In this document: positions 51,919 through 61,057 of the stretch, piece after piece
How the letters are laid out: the number at the start of each line of letters is the position of its first letter
How positions within the stretch are numbered: position 1 is the stretch's first letter
NCBI GenBank assembly: GCA_001872455.1
Contig: MNXJ01000071.1
Location: 55,830-119,829 of the forward strand
Direction: 5' to 3'
From: Anaerolineae bacterium CG2_30_57_67
GTDB taxonomy: Bacteria; Chloroflexota; Anaerolineae; Anaerolineales; Villigracilaceae
DNA: 64,000 nt
Program-made: the position numbers and the translations under genes
The notes under the pieces: model-generated
Database searches by the model: none
What the model was told of the DNA's origin: nothing
What the model saw: the letters and a program-made list of their open reading frames with translations, nothing else

Positions 51919-52579
51919 CAGATTCTCCAAAGTTGAAAATACTTCCAGCGGACAGGCTGGGGTTCTGGCAGAGCGCCAGCGCAGCGGAGGGCAGGTCGGC
52001 AAACGCATGCGAATCTGTCAGATGTTGCGGCAGGCCGCTGGTCAGACCGTAGAGCGTCATGTTGGCGGCAGCGAGTTCGGGGGCGGCAGAACGAATCAGG
52101 GCCGGGAGCGCCATTTGACTGGCAAAAAAGGCTGAGGCCTGCGGGCTTTGGCTGCGCCCGGCGAGGGGAAAAACGCACAGGAAGACGCCCCCGCCTTGCA
52201 GACGAAGAATCCGCCCGAAAGTTTGAATCATCAAAAATGTGCCAATGGTGTTGATTTCAAAAACGCGGTGCAAATCCCACTCGTCCATTTCCAACACGGG
52301 CGCGCGCGGCTCGACGCGCGCGCAATGAATGACGGCAGAAAGGCCGCCCAGATTATCGCTGATTTCATTGGCGAGCGCCTGCACAGTCACTTTTTTGGAG
52401 ATGTCTTGCACGAAGACATGCGCTTGCCCGCCAGCGGCCAGAATTTGAGCGGCAACAGCTTCAACGTTGATGGGGGTGATGTCGTTAAGCGCCAGGCTGC
52501 AGCCTTGCCCGGCAAAAGCGAACGCCAAGTCGCGCCCAATGCCGCGTCCGGCGCCGGTGATGAGAATATTTTTGGTCAT
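51908..52579 (-). CDS. short-chain dehydrogenase/reductase (SDR)
   Basis: TGAGRGIG cofactor motif. 223 aa. A classical YxxxK was not evident by eye. Confidence 0.7.
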   Translation of the reverse strand: MTKNILITGAGRGIGRDLAFAFAGQGCSLALNDITPINVEAVAAQILAAGGQAHVFVQDISKKVTVQALANEISDNLGGLSAVIHCARVEPRAPVLEMDEWDLHRVFEINTIGTFLMIQTFGRILRLQGGGVFLCVFPLAGRSQSPQASAFFASQMALPALIRSAAPELAAANMTLYGLTSGLPQHLTDSHAFADLPSAALALCQNPSLSAGSIFNFGESDAQ

Positions 52580-53277
52580 GGTTGGGCCTCGCAGGTGGGA
52601 ATGGTCTCGGGGTTTTCGTGCGCGTTGAGCGCCAGCCCGAAGTAGGGCGAAGGGTCGTAAGTGTTGCGAATGTCGAGTTCGTTGGTGAAGCGCCCGGCGT
52701 TGTCTTTGACGATGGAAATGTGCAGGTGAACGCCAACCGGGTTGCGCGGATCGCCGGAGTAGTTGCCCTGATAGCCGAGAAAATCGCCCGCGGCGACGGG
52801 TTTTTCGCTGGTGCCGGGCGGGAAATCGGCGGCGATGAAGGAATTGCCGTCGGCGTCGGCCATGTGGGTGTAGTACACCCACATTTGGCGTCCGGGCGCG
52901 AGCGGGTCATCGGGAACGCGCACGATGACGGAGGCTTTCCACGCTGGCAGGCGGGTGAGAAAACCGGGGAAGGCGGCCAGCACCGGCGTTTCGCCGCTGC
53001 CGGAGCGAGCGAAGATGTCAATTCCCTGATGACGGTGGCTGGGGCGGAAGGAATCGTCCCAGATGAAGCCGGCCAGACCGGTGGTGGGAAAGATGAAAGG
53101 CGCAGCGTTACAGCGTGTTCCGGCGGCGATGACCAGTTCCGGGTGGGAGGCCGGGTCGCTGAAGAATTGCCAGACGCGCTGTCCGCGCGCCAGCGTAGGA
53201 CGAAAGGTTCGGTACAACCAGACCGTCAGACCAAGCATCAACCCAACAACCAGAAAAAGGGGAAGTTTGCGAGACAT
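52576..53277 (-). CDS. M23 family metallopeptidase, membrane anchored
   Basis: HQGIDIF (HxxxD) and VHLHISI (HxH) motifs. N-terminal TM helix. Confidence 0.8.
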   Translation of the reverse strand: MSRKLPLFLVVGLMLGLTVWLYRTFRPTLARGQRVWQFFSDPASHPELVIAAGTRCNAAPFIFPTTGLAGFIWDDSFRPSHRHQGIDIFARSGSGETPVLAAFPGFLTRLPAWKASVIVRVPDDPLAPGRQMWVYYTHMADADGNSFIAADFPPGTSEKPVAAGDFLGYQGNYSGDPRNPVGVHLHISIVKDNAGRFTNELDIRNTYDPSPYFGLALNAHENPETIPTCEAQP

Positions 53278-53329
53278 GAGATGATTATAACTTGGTAAAA
53301 TGCTTCCAACACTTTCTGGAGAAATTACC

Positions 53330-54343
53330 ATGCGCGTAAAATTGGCTTTTTTGCTTGTAATGCTTTTGTTGGCCGCCTGCTCTGGTGCGCCCGCTGCAAC
53401 CGAATCGCTGGAGACCCCTGTCCCCAGCGAAACCCCGCGTCCGACGGTTGGGCCGACACCCACGCCGGGCCTGCCGCTCGCCATTTTGCTCATTCCCGCC
53501 GACCTGAACGAGGAAACATCCAATGCCTACCAAAAAGCGGTCTACGGCCTGGCGCAATCCGCCGGAATGCGCTTTCAGGTACGCAACAAACTGACCGAAG
53601 CAGACCTTGACCCTGCCCTGAAAATTGTTGTCGTCCTGCCGCCCGACCCAGGTTTGGCGCAATTGGCCGTCGCCGCGCCGCAAGCGCAGTTTTTAGCGGT
53701 CAACTTCCCAGGCATCAGCGCCGGCGGTAACATCAGCATTCTCAACGCCGAGGGGGTACGGATTGACCAGCAAGCCTTCATCGCCGGCTTTATCGCCGCC
53801 ATCACCACCGAAGACTACCGCACCGGCGTCATCACGCGCAAAGACACCCCCGAAAGCGCCCTCATTCAGCAGGCTTTCCGCGCCGGGCAGGAATTTTTCT
53901 GCGGCCTGTGCAACCCCTACGCCGGGCCACTTGAAGAATACCCGCTGACGATTGAAATCCCCGCCGATGCCAAACCCGCCGAATACGGCGCCTACGCCGA
54001 TTTCCTGCTGCGCAAGCAGGTTTCCACGCTTTTTCTGCAGCCGGGCATCGACGCGCCCGAACTACTCGACTACCTGACGATTGTCGGCGCGTTTGTGATT
54101 GGCGCGCAGACACCTCAAAAATTGCAGTCCAACTGGGTCGTCACGCTTCAGCCAAATTACCTCGAAGCCCTGAAAACCGCCTGGCCGGACCTGCTGACCG
54201 GGCAGGGCGGACAAACCTTCGCCGCTCCGCTGACGTTTACCGACATGAACGAGGAAATTTTCACCCCCGGCAAGCAAATGCTGACCGGCGAAACGTTGCG
54301 CGATTTAAGCGACGGATTTATCTCCACCGGCATACAACCCTGA
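53330..54343 (+). CDS. lipoprotein, periplasmic-binding-protein (BMP/Med-like) fold
   Basis: Lipobox LLLAAC. The QAFIAGFIAA region resembles the BMP family. No adjacent ABC genes. Confidence 0.45.
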   Translation: MRVKLAFLLVMLLLAACSGAPAATESLETPVPSETPRPTVGPTPTPGLPLAILLIPADLNEETSNAYQKAVYGLAQSAGMRFQVRNKLTEADLDPALKIVVVLPPDPGLAQLAVAAPQAQFLAVNFPGISAGGNISILNAEGVRIDQQAFIAGFIAAITTEDYRTGVITRKDTPESALIQQAFRAGQEFFCGLCNPYAGPLEEYPLTIEIPADAKPAEYGAYADFLLRKQVSTLFLQPGIDAPELLDYLTIVGAFVIGAQTPQKLQSNWVVTLQPNYLEALKTAWPDLLTGQGGQTFAAPLTFTDMNEEIFTPGKQMLTGETLRDLSDGFISTGIQP

Positions 54344-54362
54344 CTCATTGTAGAATATACGG

Positions 54363-54788
54363 ATGCAAATGAAAAAACTTCAACTTCGTAGCCCTTCCGC
54401 CTGGACGATGTTCATCTTTGGCGCGCTGGCGTTGATTCTGGGGCTGGTGGGGATTTTCCGCCCTGAATGGACGCTGGCCCTGCTGGGATTTACCATCACC
54501 GAGGCCGCCGCCCGCTTGCCGGGCGATTACACACTGACTTTTATCACCGCATCGTCAATGGCATCCTTCAACATGGGCGTTTACTACATTCTAGCGGCAC
54601 TTACCAACTGGCAAGATTTCTTCCGCTGGACGGTTCCCTTCCGCGTAGTAACGTTCACAGTTTTCAGCCTGGCGGTTTTGCGTGGTATTGCCCCGGCGGG
54701 CTTTTTGGGTATTGCGGTGTGGGAATTGACCGGCGCAATCGTCACCGGGCTGGCGCTTTGGCAAGAAGGACGAAAACATGGAGGCTAA
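54363..54788 (+). CDS. hypothetical four-TM membrane protein
   Basis: 141 aa with four hydrophobic helices. Confidence 0.45.
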   Translation: MQMKKLQLRSPSAWTMFIFGALALILGLVGIFRPEWTLALLGFTITEAAARLPGDYTLTFITASSMASFNMGVYYILAALTNWQDFFRWTVPFRVVTFTVFSLAVLRGIAPAGFLGIAVWELTGAIVTGLALWQEGRKHGG

Positions 54789-55155
54789 CATGCGCTCGCA
54801 CTGGGTGGAACACGCTGGAAAACAGATTTTCTATCAGGATTTCTCCGGCCACGACATTCTGCATTCCGACCAGGTCAAGACCGAACTTTCTGCTGTGCAG
54901 TTGATTGTCACTGCGCAACCCCCAAACTCTACCCGTGTGCTGGCCGATTTTCGTGAGACGACCATTGGAAAAGATTTGATAGACTTGATGACCGCCAGCT
55001 CGATCGAGACCAAAGCGCATGTACTGAAGACCGCCATCTTGGGCGTCACCGGCACCAAACGCATTTTAGTCAATGTGTTGATGAATTTGACCGGTCAAAA
55101 GCTTGTTGTTTTTGAAGAAGAGCAGGAAGCGCTGGATTGGCTGGCAAAAAATTAG
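54778..55155 (+). CDS. hypothetical STAS/SpoIIAA-like protein
   Basis: 125 aa. The pattern VLADFRET...AILGVTG...VFEEEQEALDWL resembles STAS-like DUF proteins. Overlaps the upstream gene by 11 nt. Confidence 0.4.
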   Translation: MEANMRSHWVEHAGKQIFYQDFSGHDILHSDQVKTELSAVQLIVTAQPPNSTRVLADFRETTIGKDLIDLMTASSIETKAHVLKTAILGVTGTKRILVNVLMNLTGQKLVVFEEEQEALDWLAKN

Positions 55156-55212
55156 TTTAACTTGTGATTGATGCCTCAATCCGTAATTCCTGTTTTGCAT
55201 TAAACCCCCATC

Positions 55213-57693
55213 ATGCTCAACCCCTTGCCCATTCTGCAACGCCGCCGCGAGCGACATCAGCGCGAAGCGAACTCTGCCCGCCACAACCTCACCCGCGCCG
55301 GGCTGGGAGCAGGTCTCACGCTGTCACTTGCGTTTGGGCTGATGCTGCTGGCGCTCGGTTTGGGTTACGCCAATATCACCGCCAACTTGCCCTCGGTGGA
55401 AGGGTTACCCGCCATCATCAACTCTCTGCGTCAGCCCACCCGCCTGGTAGACCGTTCTGGCGTGCACTTATTGACTGTTCTCGCCGCGCAAGACGCCCCA
55501 CGCAACCAGTTACCGCTGGCGCAACTTCCGCCCGCAGTAGCACAAATCACCCTGGCGCTGGCTGACCCAACTTTTTACAGCCACCCTGGTTTCAGCCTGC
55601 GGGGGCTTACCGACCCGCAGCAACACCCCACCCTGGCGCAACGCCTGGCCGCTGACCTGCTCGTGTGGGACGAGCCGCCCTCCTTGCGGCGCGCTCTGCG
55701 CGAACGGCTGCTGGCCGCGCAAATCACCAGCCGCTACGGACGTGATGCTGTGCTGGCATGGTATCTCAACACTGCCAACTACGGCCACCAAACCAGTGGC
55801 GTTGATGACGCCGCCCGGCTCTATTTTGGTAAACCCGCCAGCCAACTCACTCTGGCCGAATCCGCCCTGCTGGCCGTCGTCAGCCAAAACCCAGCGCTCA
55901 ACCCACTCGACACTCCTGAGCTTGCCCGTCAGCGCGCGCGTGAAATTCTCGCCGCCCTGCCCGCCGCCATCGCCTCGCCACAACAAATTACCAGCGCGCA
56001 GGCCGAACAGTTTCAATTTCAACCCATGCCAACGCCAAACGGCACGGCGCCCGCCTTCACTGCGCTAGCGCTGACCGAACTCAGCCGCGACCAAAGCCGC
56101 GCGCGCATCGAACGGGGTGGCATGATCATAACTACCAGCCTTGACTTTGACCTGTATCAACACACCGTCTGCTCCACCCAAACCCAACTGACTCGTCTGC
56201 GCGGCCAACCCGCCCCTGTCAATTGCGCTGTGCTTGCCAGCCTGCCGGCCCTGCCACCCGCTGCCCCGCTCGAAAACGTCAACGCCAGTGCAATTATTTT
56301 CGACCCGCAAACCGGTCAGGTACTGGCGCTGATGGGAGAAATGGATGCCAGCGGCGACTCGACCCGTTTAATGGAACATCGTCCCGGCTCCAGTTTATTG
56401 CCGTTTCTCTATCTAACCGGATTCAGCCGCGGGTTGAGTCCGGCCTCACTGGTTTGGGATATTCCCCCGGCGTCATCTTCCACCCCGCCCCTGGCTGATG
56501 TCTATACCGGCCCTCTGCGCGCCCGCCTAGCTATGGTCAACGACGTGCTGCCCCCTGCCGCACGCTTGTTGGATGAGATAAGCCTGCCCGCTTTTGAGCA
56601 AACCCTGCAAACGCTGGGCATCCAACTTGCGGATACAGCCACTTTTCACGCCCTGCTCGACGGGAAAAATTACCTTTCGCCGCTGACGCTGGCGCGCGCT
56701 TACGGAGCGCTGGCCGCCAATGGCGTGATGGTTAGCCCGCAGACCGTTCTGCAAATCCAAACCACCGACGGCGTAACCATCCAAAAATTGGTTGCGCCAC
56801 AGCCTTCCGCAGTCATTAGCCCGCAATTGGCCTATCTGGTCAATCATGTTCTAGCCGATGACTCTGCGCGCTGGCTGAGCCTGGGAAACCCAAACCCGTT
56901 TGAACTGCCGTTTCCATCGGCTGCCAAACTGGGCGCGACACTTGACGGTCAGGATATTTGGGCGATTGCGTACACGCCCTTGCGCGTTGCGGTGGTGTGG
57001 ATGGGCGCATCCAGCCCGACGCAGCGTGCCGCCGCTGGTCTTTCTGCCGCATTATTGACAACGGCCAGCCAATCTTTGCCGCCCGAAGATTGGGTTGTGC
57101 CGCCAACGATTGTGACTCGCACTGTCTGCGACCCAAGCGGTATGTTGCCCACCCCGGCTTGCCCGGCGCAGGCCGAAGAAGTTTTCTTGAGCGGCTATGA
57201 ACCCGTGCAAGCTGACACTCTTTACCAAACCGTTGCCATTGACCGTGAAACCGGCATGTTGGCAACTATTTTTACCGCGCCGGAGCTGGTGGAAGAACGG
57301 ATTTTCATGGTCGTGCCGCCTGAAGCGCAAAACTGGGCGCAAAGCACGGGCATTGAAGCCATCCCAAGCGTCTACGACACCATTCAAGTTCCGCCACAAC
57401 GTCCCGGTCTGGCAATTTCTGCGCCCCTGATGTTGGCCGGGGTCAGTGGAAAAATTAGTGTGCGCGGTGCGGCGAGCGGCGCGGGTTTTGCCTCTTATCG
57501 CCTGCAAGCCGGGCAGGGGCTAAACCCATCCAGCTGGATTTTGGTGGCGGAGGCAACGCAGCCGGTCGAGGCTGGGGTGCTGGCCGAATGGGATACCAGC
57601 GGGTTAAGCGGGTTGTACACACTTCAGCTGGTCATTCTCCACACCGACGGGAAGATTGAGACAACCGCAGTGGCAGTGACCATCAAAGAATGA
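55213..57693 (+). CDS. class A penicillin-binding protein homologue (GT51 + transpeptidase) with substituted catalytic motifs
   Basis: GT51-like LADPTFYSHPGF...RRALRE...YLNTANYG and TPase-like RPGSSLLPF...SPLTLARAYGALAANG...KLGAT...WAIAYTP. Confidence 0.75.
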   Translation: MLNPLPILQRRRERHQREANSARHNLTRAGLGAGLTLSLAFGLMLLALGLGYANITANLPSVEGLPAIINSLRQPTRLVDRSGVHLLTVLAAQDAPRNQLPLAQLPPAVAQITLALADPTFYSHPGFSLRGLTDPQQHPTLAQRLAADLLVWDEPPSLRRALRERLLAAQITSRYGRDAVLAWYLNTANYGHQTSGVDDAARLYFGKPASQLTLAESALLAVVSQNPALNPLDTPELARQRAREILAALPAAIASPQQITSAQAEQFQFQPMPTPNGTAPAFTALALTELSRDQSRARIERGGMIITTSLDFDLYQHTVCSTQTQLTRLRGQPAPVNCAVLASLPALPPAAPLENVNASAIIFDPQTGQVLALMGEMDASGDSTRLMEHRPGSSLLPFLYLTGFSRGLSPASLVWDIPPASSSTPPLADVYTGPLRARLAMVNDVLPPAARLLDEISLPAFEQTLQTLGIQLADTATFHALLDGKNYLSPLTLARAYGALAANGVMVSPQTVLQIQTTDGVTIQKLVAPQPSAVISPQLAYLVNHVLADDSARWLSLGNPNPFELPFPSAAKLGATLDGQDIWAIAYTPLRVAVVWMGASSPTQRAAAGLSAALLTTASQSLPPEDWVVPPTIVTRTVCDPSGMLPTPACPAQAEEVFLSGYEPVQADTLYQTVAIDRETGMLATIFTAPELVEERIFMVVPPEAQNWAQSTGIEAIPSVYDTIQVPPQRPGLAISAPLMLAGVSGKISVRGAASGAGFASYRLQAGQGLNPSSWILVAEATQPVEAGVLAEWDTSGLSGLYTLQLVILHTDGKIETTAVAVTIKE

Positions 57694-57973
57694 GTATCAA
57701 TATTCCCATCCATAAACGGCAGATGTGCATTAATCTTTTATGGTTCTCCCCAGATTTATGGGGGAAATGAGCAAGAAATCGAGTATGCTTGAAGGATAAG
57801 CACACTATTACTGCCAAGCGGCCCAATGAAAACTATCCGAGATACGGCGCACGCCGCCAAACGAACAGCAAGAAAACCAGCCACAAACTACTCAAGGGTA
57901 TCCGCTGGATTTTGGTAAGAAACCGATATTTCCCTTTGCCTGGTAGCTATCCCGAACGGATTGTGGCTGCACC

Positions 57974-58014
57974 AAAAAGTGGGCGCGGGAAAATCTTCCG
58001 CGCCCACTTTTTTA
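57974..58014. terminator. bidirectional intrinsic terminator
   Basis: AAAAAGTGGGCGCGG, 9-nt loop, CCGCGCCCACTTTTTT. Confidence 0.8.
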
Positions 58015-58544
58015 TTTGCGCTGTATGGCCTGGTAACCCATGGATATCAGGGTGAAGGCGATGGAGAGGCTGGCGGTAATCAGCAGCAGCGCCCGCCAAT
58101 CGAGGCGGGTGGGGACGAGGCTGGAGTTTTGCGCCGGGGCGTTCTGGCCCTTTTCGGGGGAGGAAGTTGTTCCGGCGGGGGCTGTACTTCCGCTGGAGGT
58201 GGAAGTTCGCATCCAGGGCGGGCATGGCCGTTCCAGGTACGCCCTGGATGATAATTTATTTGAAGCGCCTGGTCGCTGGTGTTGTTCAGCACGTTTTGGA
58301 CATTCAGCGCGAGCGCGGGGATAGTTCCAGCGGGGATTTCGTCCCAGCGCAGCAGCAGGCTGGTCAGGGCGGCAATTTCTTCCGGGCGGAGGGTTTTGTT
58401 CCAGGAGGCCATCAGCGTGCCGGGACGGCCATAGGTGATGACGGTGGTTAATTCTTCGGCGGTTTTTTCGCGCACGGCGGGGTCGTTCAGCGCGGGGGCG
58501 ATGCCGGTTCCCAGCCCATCGACGCCGTTACCTCCGGGTGACAA
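58012..58544 (-). pseudogene. c-type cytochrome gene remnant (no CxxCH, frame-shifted 3' part)
   Basis: SPGGNGVDGLG...GRPGTLMASW...EEIAAL is a cytochrome c domain lacking its heme motif. IIIQGVPGTAMPAL and the TM tail ...LLLITASLSIAFTLI lie in the other two frames. Confidence 0.4.
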
Positions 58545-58666
58545 ATTTTGCCCATCTATCCCGGTTTCAACTACACCCGGAAGGGCGACTATCCAAAATT
58601 CTTAACGCGAATAACACGAAAAAAAAAAATCGCGCTACGGGTTTGTCTTGTTGCAGCGGTCTCAAG

Positions 58667-60211
58667 TTAAGGTTTTTGGGAAGGCGTAATTTTTCGATAC
58701 AGGCGATAGTCGCCAAGCGTCGTCTCAAGCGCATAGTTGGCCTGCACAAATTTATACACCCGGGCAAGGTTGTCAGGTAAAAACGGCCAAAGTTGACCGT
58801 TTTTTTCTTGTTCGCGGCGCACTGCCGGGTCGAGGCAGGGCAGCAAATCCTGATTGACGGCGCAGGTATCCACAATCAGCGCGGGCGGGTGAGAAACCAA
58901 ATCTGCATAAAAGCGCTGTGCCAACCCGTCAGAAAGCGACGAATCGGCCAGCAGCGGGTAAAACAAAATTGCCGAGGGGGTTTCGCGGCGGGCAAGAAAA
59001 TTAAAGGCCAGGCGTCCGCCCCAGACGAGGACAAAATCAGCAGGGGCGGTTTTCTCACGCAAATAGGCGGCGACAGGATGCCCAATTTCGATACCCTGCT
59101 GACGTTCGAAGAGTAAGCGTTGGGTGATTTGGCGATAATCGCTGATGGTTTGCGGCGCAAGCGCCAGCCCGGCCACGAAGAGCGCCGGGAGCAGCCAGGC
59201 GCGCGGTGGGCGGCTCAACCCCGGCAGGGTGGCGAACAGGGCGGCAGAGAACAAGCCGAGCGGCGGCAGCCAAAGCATCAGATAGTGGGCGTAGCCACGC
59301 CCGGAAATAGCGCTGAAGGCAATCTCCAGCGGCAGGGCAATGAAAAGGAATATGGAAAACGGTTCGCGCCGCGCCGGGGAGAAGGCCAGCGCGGCCAGCC
59401 CCAGCAGGCCAAAACCGGCGGGAATGCCAATTTGCGCCAGCCCGCCGAGAAAAACCGGGGCAATGCCCTGCGATTCTTTTTGGATGGAAAAATTGAAGAG
59501 CAGGGCGGCTTCCAACAGGGCGCGGAAGTTGCCGCCGAGGGCAAACGCCAGAGCGACGCCGCCCACCGTCAGCAAGACGGCCAGCCCCGACCAGAGCAGA
59601 CGGCGCGCCAGGGTGCGAAAATCACGCGTTTGCAGGGCAAGCAGGCCCCAGGTCAGCACACCCGCCAGGGCCGAGGCGGTGTTGTTGGCGCGCAGTAAAA
59701 AGCCGCCCGCAAAAGCCAGCCCCAGCAAAAACGGGTAACGCCGCGCGGCGGAGTTTTCCTGCCCGCGCAGAAACGCCCAAAAGGCGATAAAAGCCAGCGG
59801 CAGGGCGTATTCTTCGGTCAGGTTGCCGCCATCCAGGACGGCGTTCAGGCCAATTAGCCAGGTGAAAGTTGCCAGCCAGGCGGGCAGACCGCCCCAACGA
59901 CGACGCATCACGTCAAAACCGAGGCCGGCGGCCAGGGCGAGAAAAACAAATTCCAGCGTCCAAACACCCCAGCGTGTGCCATGCCCCATCAGCAGGCCGA
60001 GCGCGTTGAGGTAGAAAATTCCAGGCGGCTTGCTTTCCCAAAAATCCACGTAGGGGATTTTTCCGCGCAGGAGTTGCTGGCCGGTGTAGAGGTAGTAGCC
60101 ACTGTCAAGCGATGGGAAAACCGTCAGCGGGCTGGCCTGGCGTAAGACAATCAAGAGTAGCAAAAGCGCGAGGAGAAAACCAAAAAGAGTGGGGAGAAGA
60201 CGTTTTATCAT
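58667..60211 (-). CDS. ArnT/PMT-like (GT39/GT83) membrane glycosyltransferase
   Basis: Polytopic, with N-terminal DSGYYLYTGQQLLRGKIPYVDFWESKPPG typical of the family. An alternative GTG start is at 60229. Confidence 0.7.
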   Translation of the reverse strand: MIKRLLPTLFGFLLALLLLLIVLRQASPLTVFPSLDSGYYLYTGQQLLRGKIPYVDFWESKPPGIFYLNALGLLMGHGTRWGVWTLEFVFLALAAGLGFDVMRRRWGGLPAWLATFTWLIGLNAVLDGGNLTEEYALPLAFIAFWAFLRGQENSAARRYPFLLGLAFAGGFLLRANNTASALAGVLTWGLLALQTRDFRTLARRLLWSGLAVLLTVGGVALAFALGGNFRALLEAALLFNFSIQKESQGIAPVFLGGLAQIGIPAGFGLLGLAALAFSPARREPFSIFLFIALPLEIAFSAISGRGYAHYLMLWLPPLGLFSAALFATLPGLSRPPRAWLLPALFVAGLALAPQTISDYRQITQRLLFERQQGIEIGHPVAAYLREKTAPADFVLVWGGRLAFNFLARRETPSAILFYPLLADSSLSDGLAQRFYADLVSHPPALIVDTCAVNQDLLPCLDPAVRREQEKNGQLWPFLPDNLARVYKFVQANYALETTLGDYRLYRKITPSQKP

Positions 60212-60260
60212 TTTTGGGATTTGTTCCACGGAAGAAACCGGCGCGTGAGTTTTCGTATCT

Positions 60261-60956
60261 CTACTTCATCTGCTGGCGCAGAGCGTGCAGTTTTTCCACA
60301 ATTTCGACGGGCAGGCGCGAGACGTGGCCGAGGCTGTGCGCCATGTAAACGACTTTGGCGACGTGCTCCACCCGCTCCAGGTGAATCAGGCATTCTTCCA
60401 GGTCGCGGCCAACGGTGATGGCGCCGTGATTGCGGATAAGGACGGCGTCGTGCGCGCCAATCAGCCCGCGAATGGCGTCGGCGTTTTCGCTGGTGCTGGG
60501 GGTGGCGAAGCCGGTTACAGCCACCGGGCCGAGGCCTTCCAGCAATTCTGGCAAAACGTCCTCCGGGAAGGGGATTTCGGCCACTGTCAGCGCAGTGGCG
60601 TGCGCCGGGTGGGCGTGAATGATGGCGCGGATATCTGGCCGCTGGTGGTAAGCCTCGAGGTGCATCGGCGTCTCGGAGGAGATACGCCGTTTGCGGCGCG
60701 GGTCGGCTTTGATAACCTGGCCGTCAAGGTCAATCACCAGCAAATCTTCCGGTTCCAGGCGCCCCTTGCAAAGCGTGGACGGGGTAATCAGAATATGGTC
60801 AGCGCCCATGCGGACGGAGATATTCCCGTTGTTGGCGGGCATCAGCCCTTGTTCGTAACACAATCGCCCGGTTTCGACAATTGCTAAACGCAAATCGCGC
60901 TCGGTGGCAAGGGATGTAAAACGGATGCGATTGGCAGATGGAGAATTTGAAAACAT
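60261..60956 (-). CDS. class II aldolase/adducin family protein
   Basis: NGNISVR and HAHPAHATAL metal-binding His cluster. 231 aa. Confidence 0.8.
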   Translation of the reverse strand: MFSNSPSANRIRFTSLATERDLRLAIVETGRLCYEQGLMPANNGNISVRMGADHILITPSTLCKGRLEPEDLLVIDLDGQVIKADPRRKRRISSETPMHLEAYHQRPDIRAIIHAHPAHATALTVAEIPFPEDVLPELLEGLGPVAVTGFATPSTSENADAIRGLIGAHDAVLIRNHGAITVGRDLEECLIHLERVEHVAKVVYMAHSLGHVSRLPVEIVEKLHALRQQMK

Positions 60957-61014
60957 GCTTACTCCTGGCGCGCCATTGCGGCGGTGCTTGCATTAACGAT
61001 TCCGTGGCGCAATG

Positions 61015-61052
61015 ATAAAAACAACTTCCGAAGCGCGGGGCTTCGGAAGTTG
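61015..61052 (-). terminator. intrinsic terminator after ileS
   Basis: Minus strand: CAACTTCCGAAGCC-CCGC-GCTTCGGAAGTTG followed by TTTTTAT. Confidence 0.8.
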
Positions 61053-61057
61053 TGGCG

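Noticed and set aside
57789-58055. 88-aa ORF whose KLLKGIRWILVRNR segment recalls ISL3-family transposases
   Set aside because: The similarity rests on about 12 residues only. There is no DDE region and no inverted repeats. The ORF runs through the bidirectional terminator, so I treat it as possible IS debris at best.
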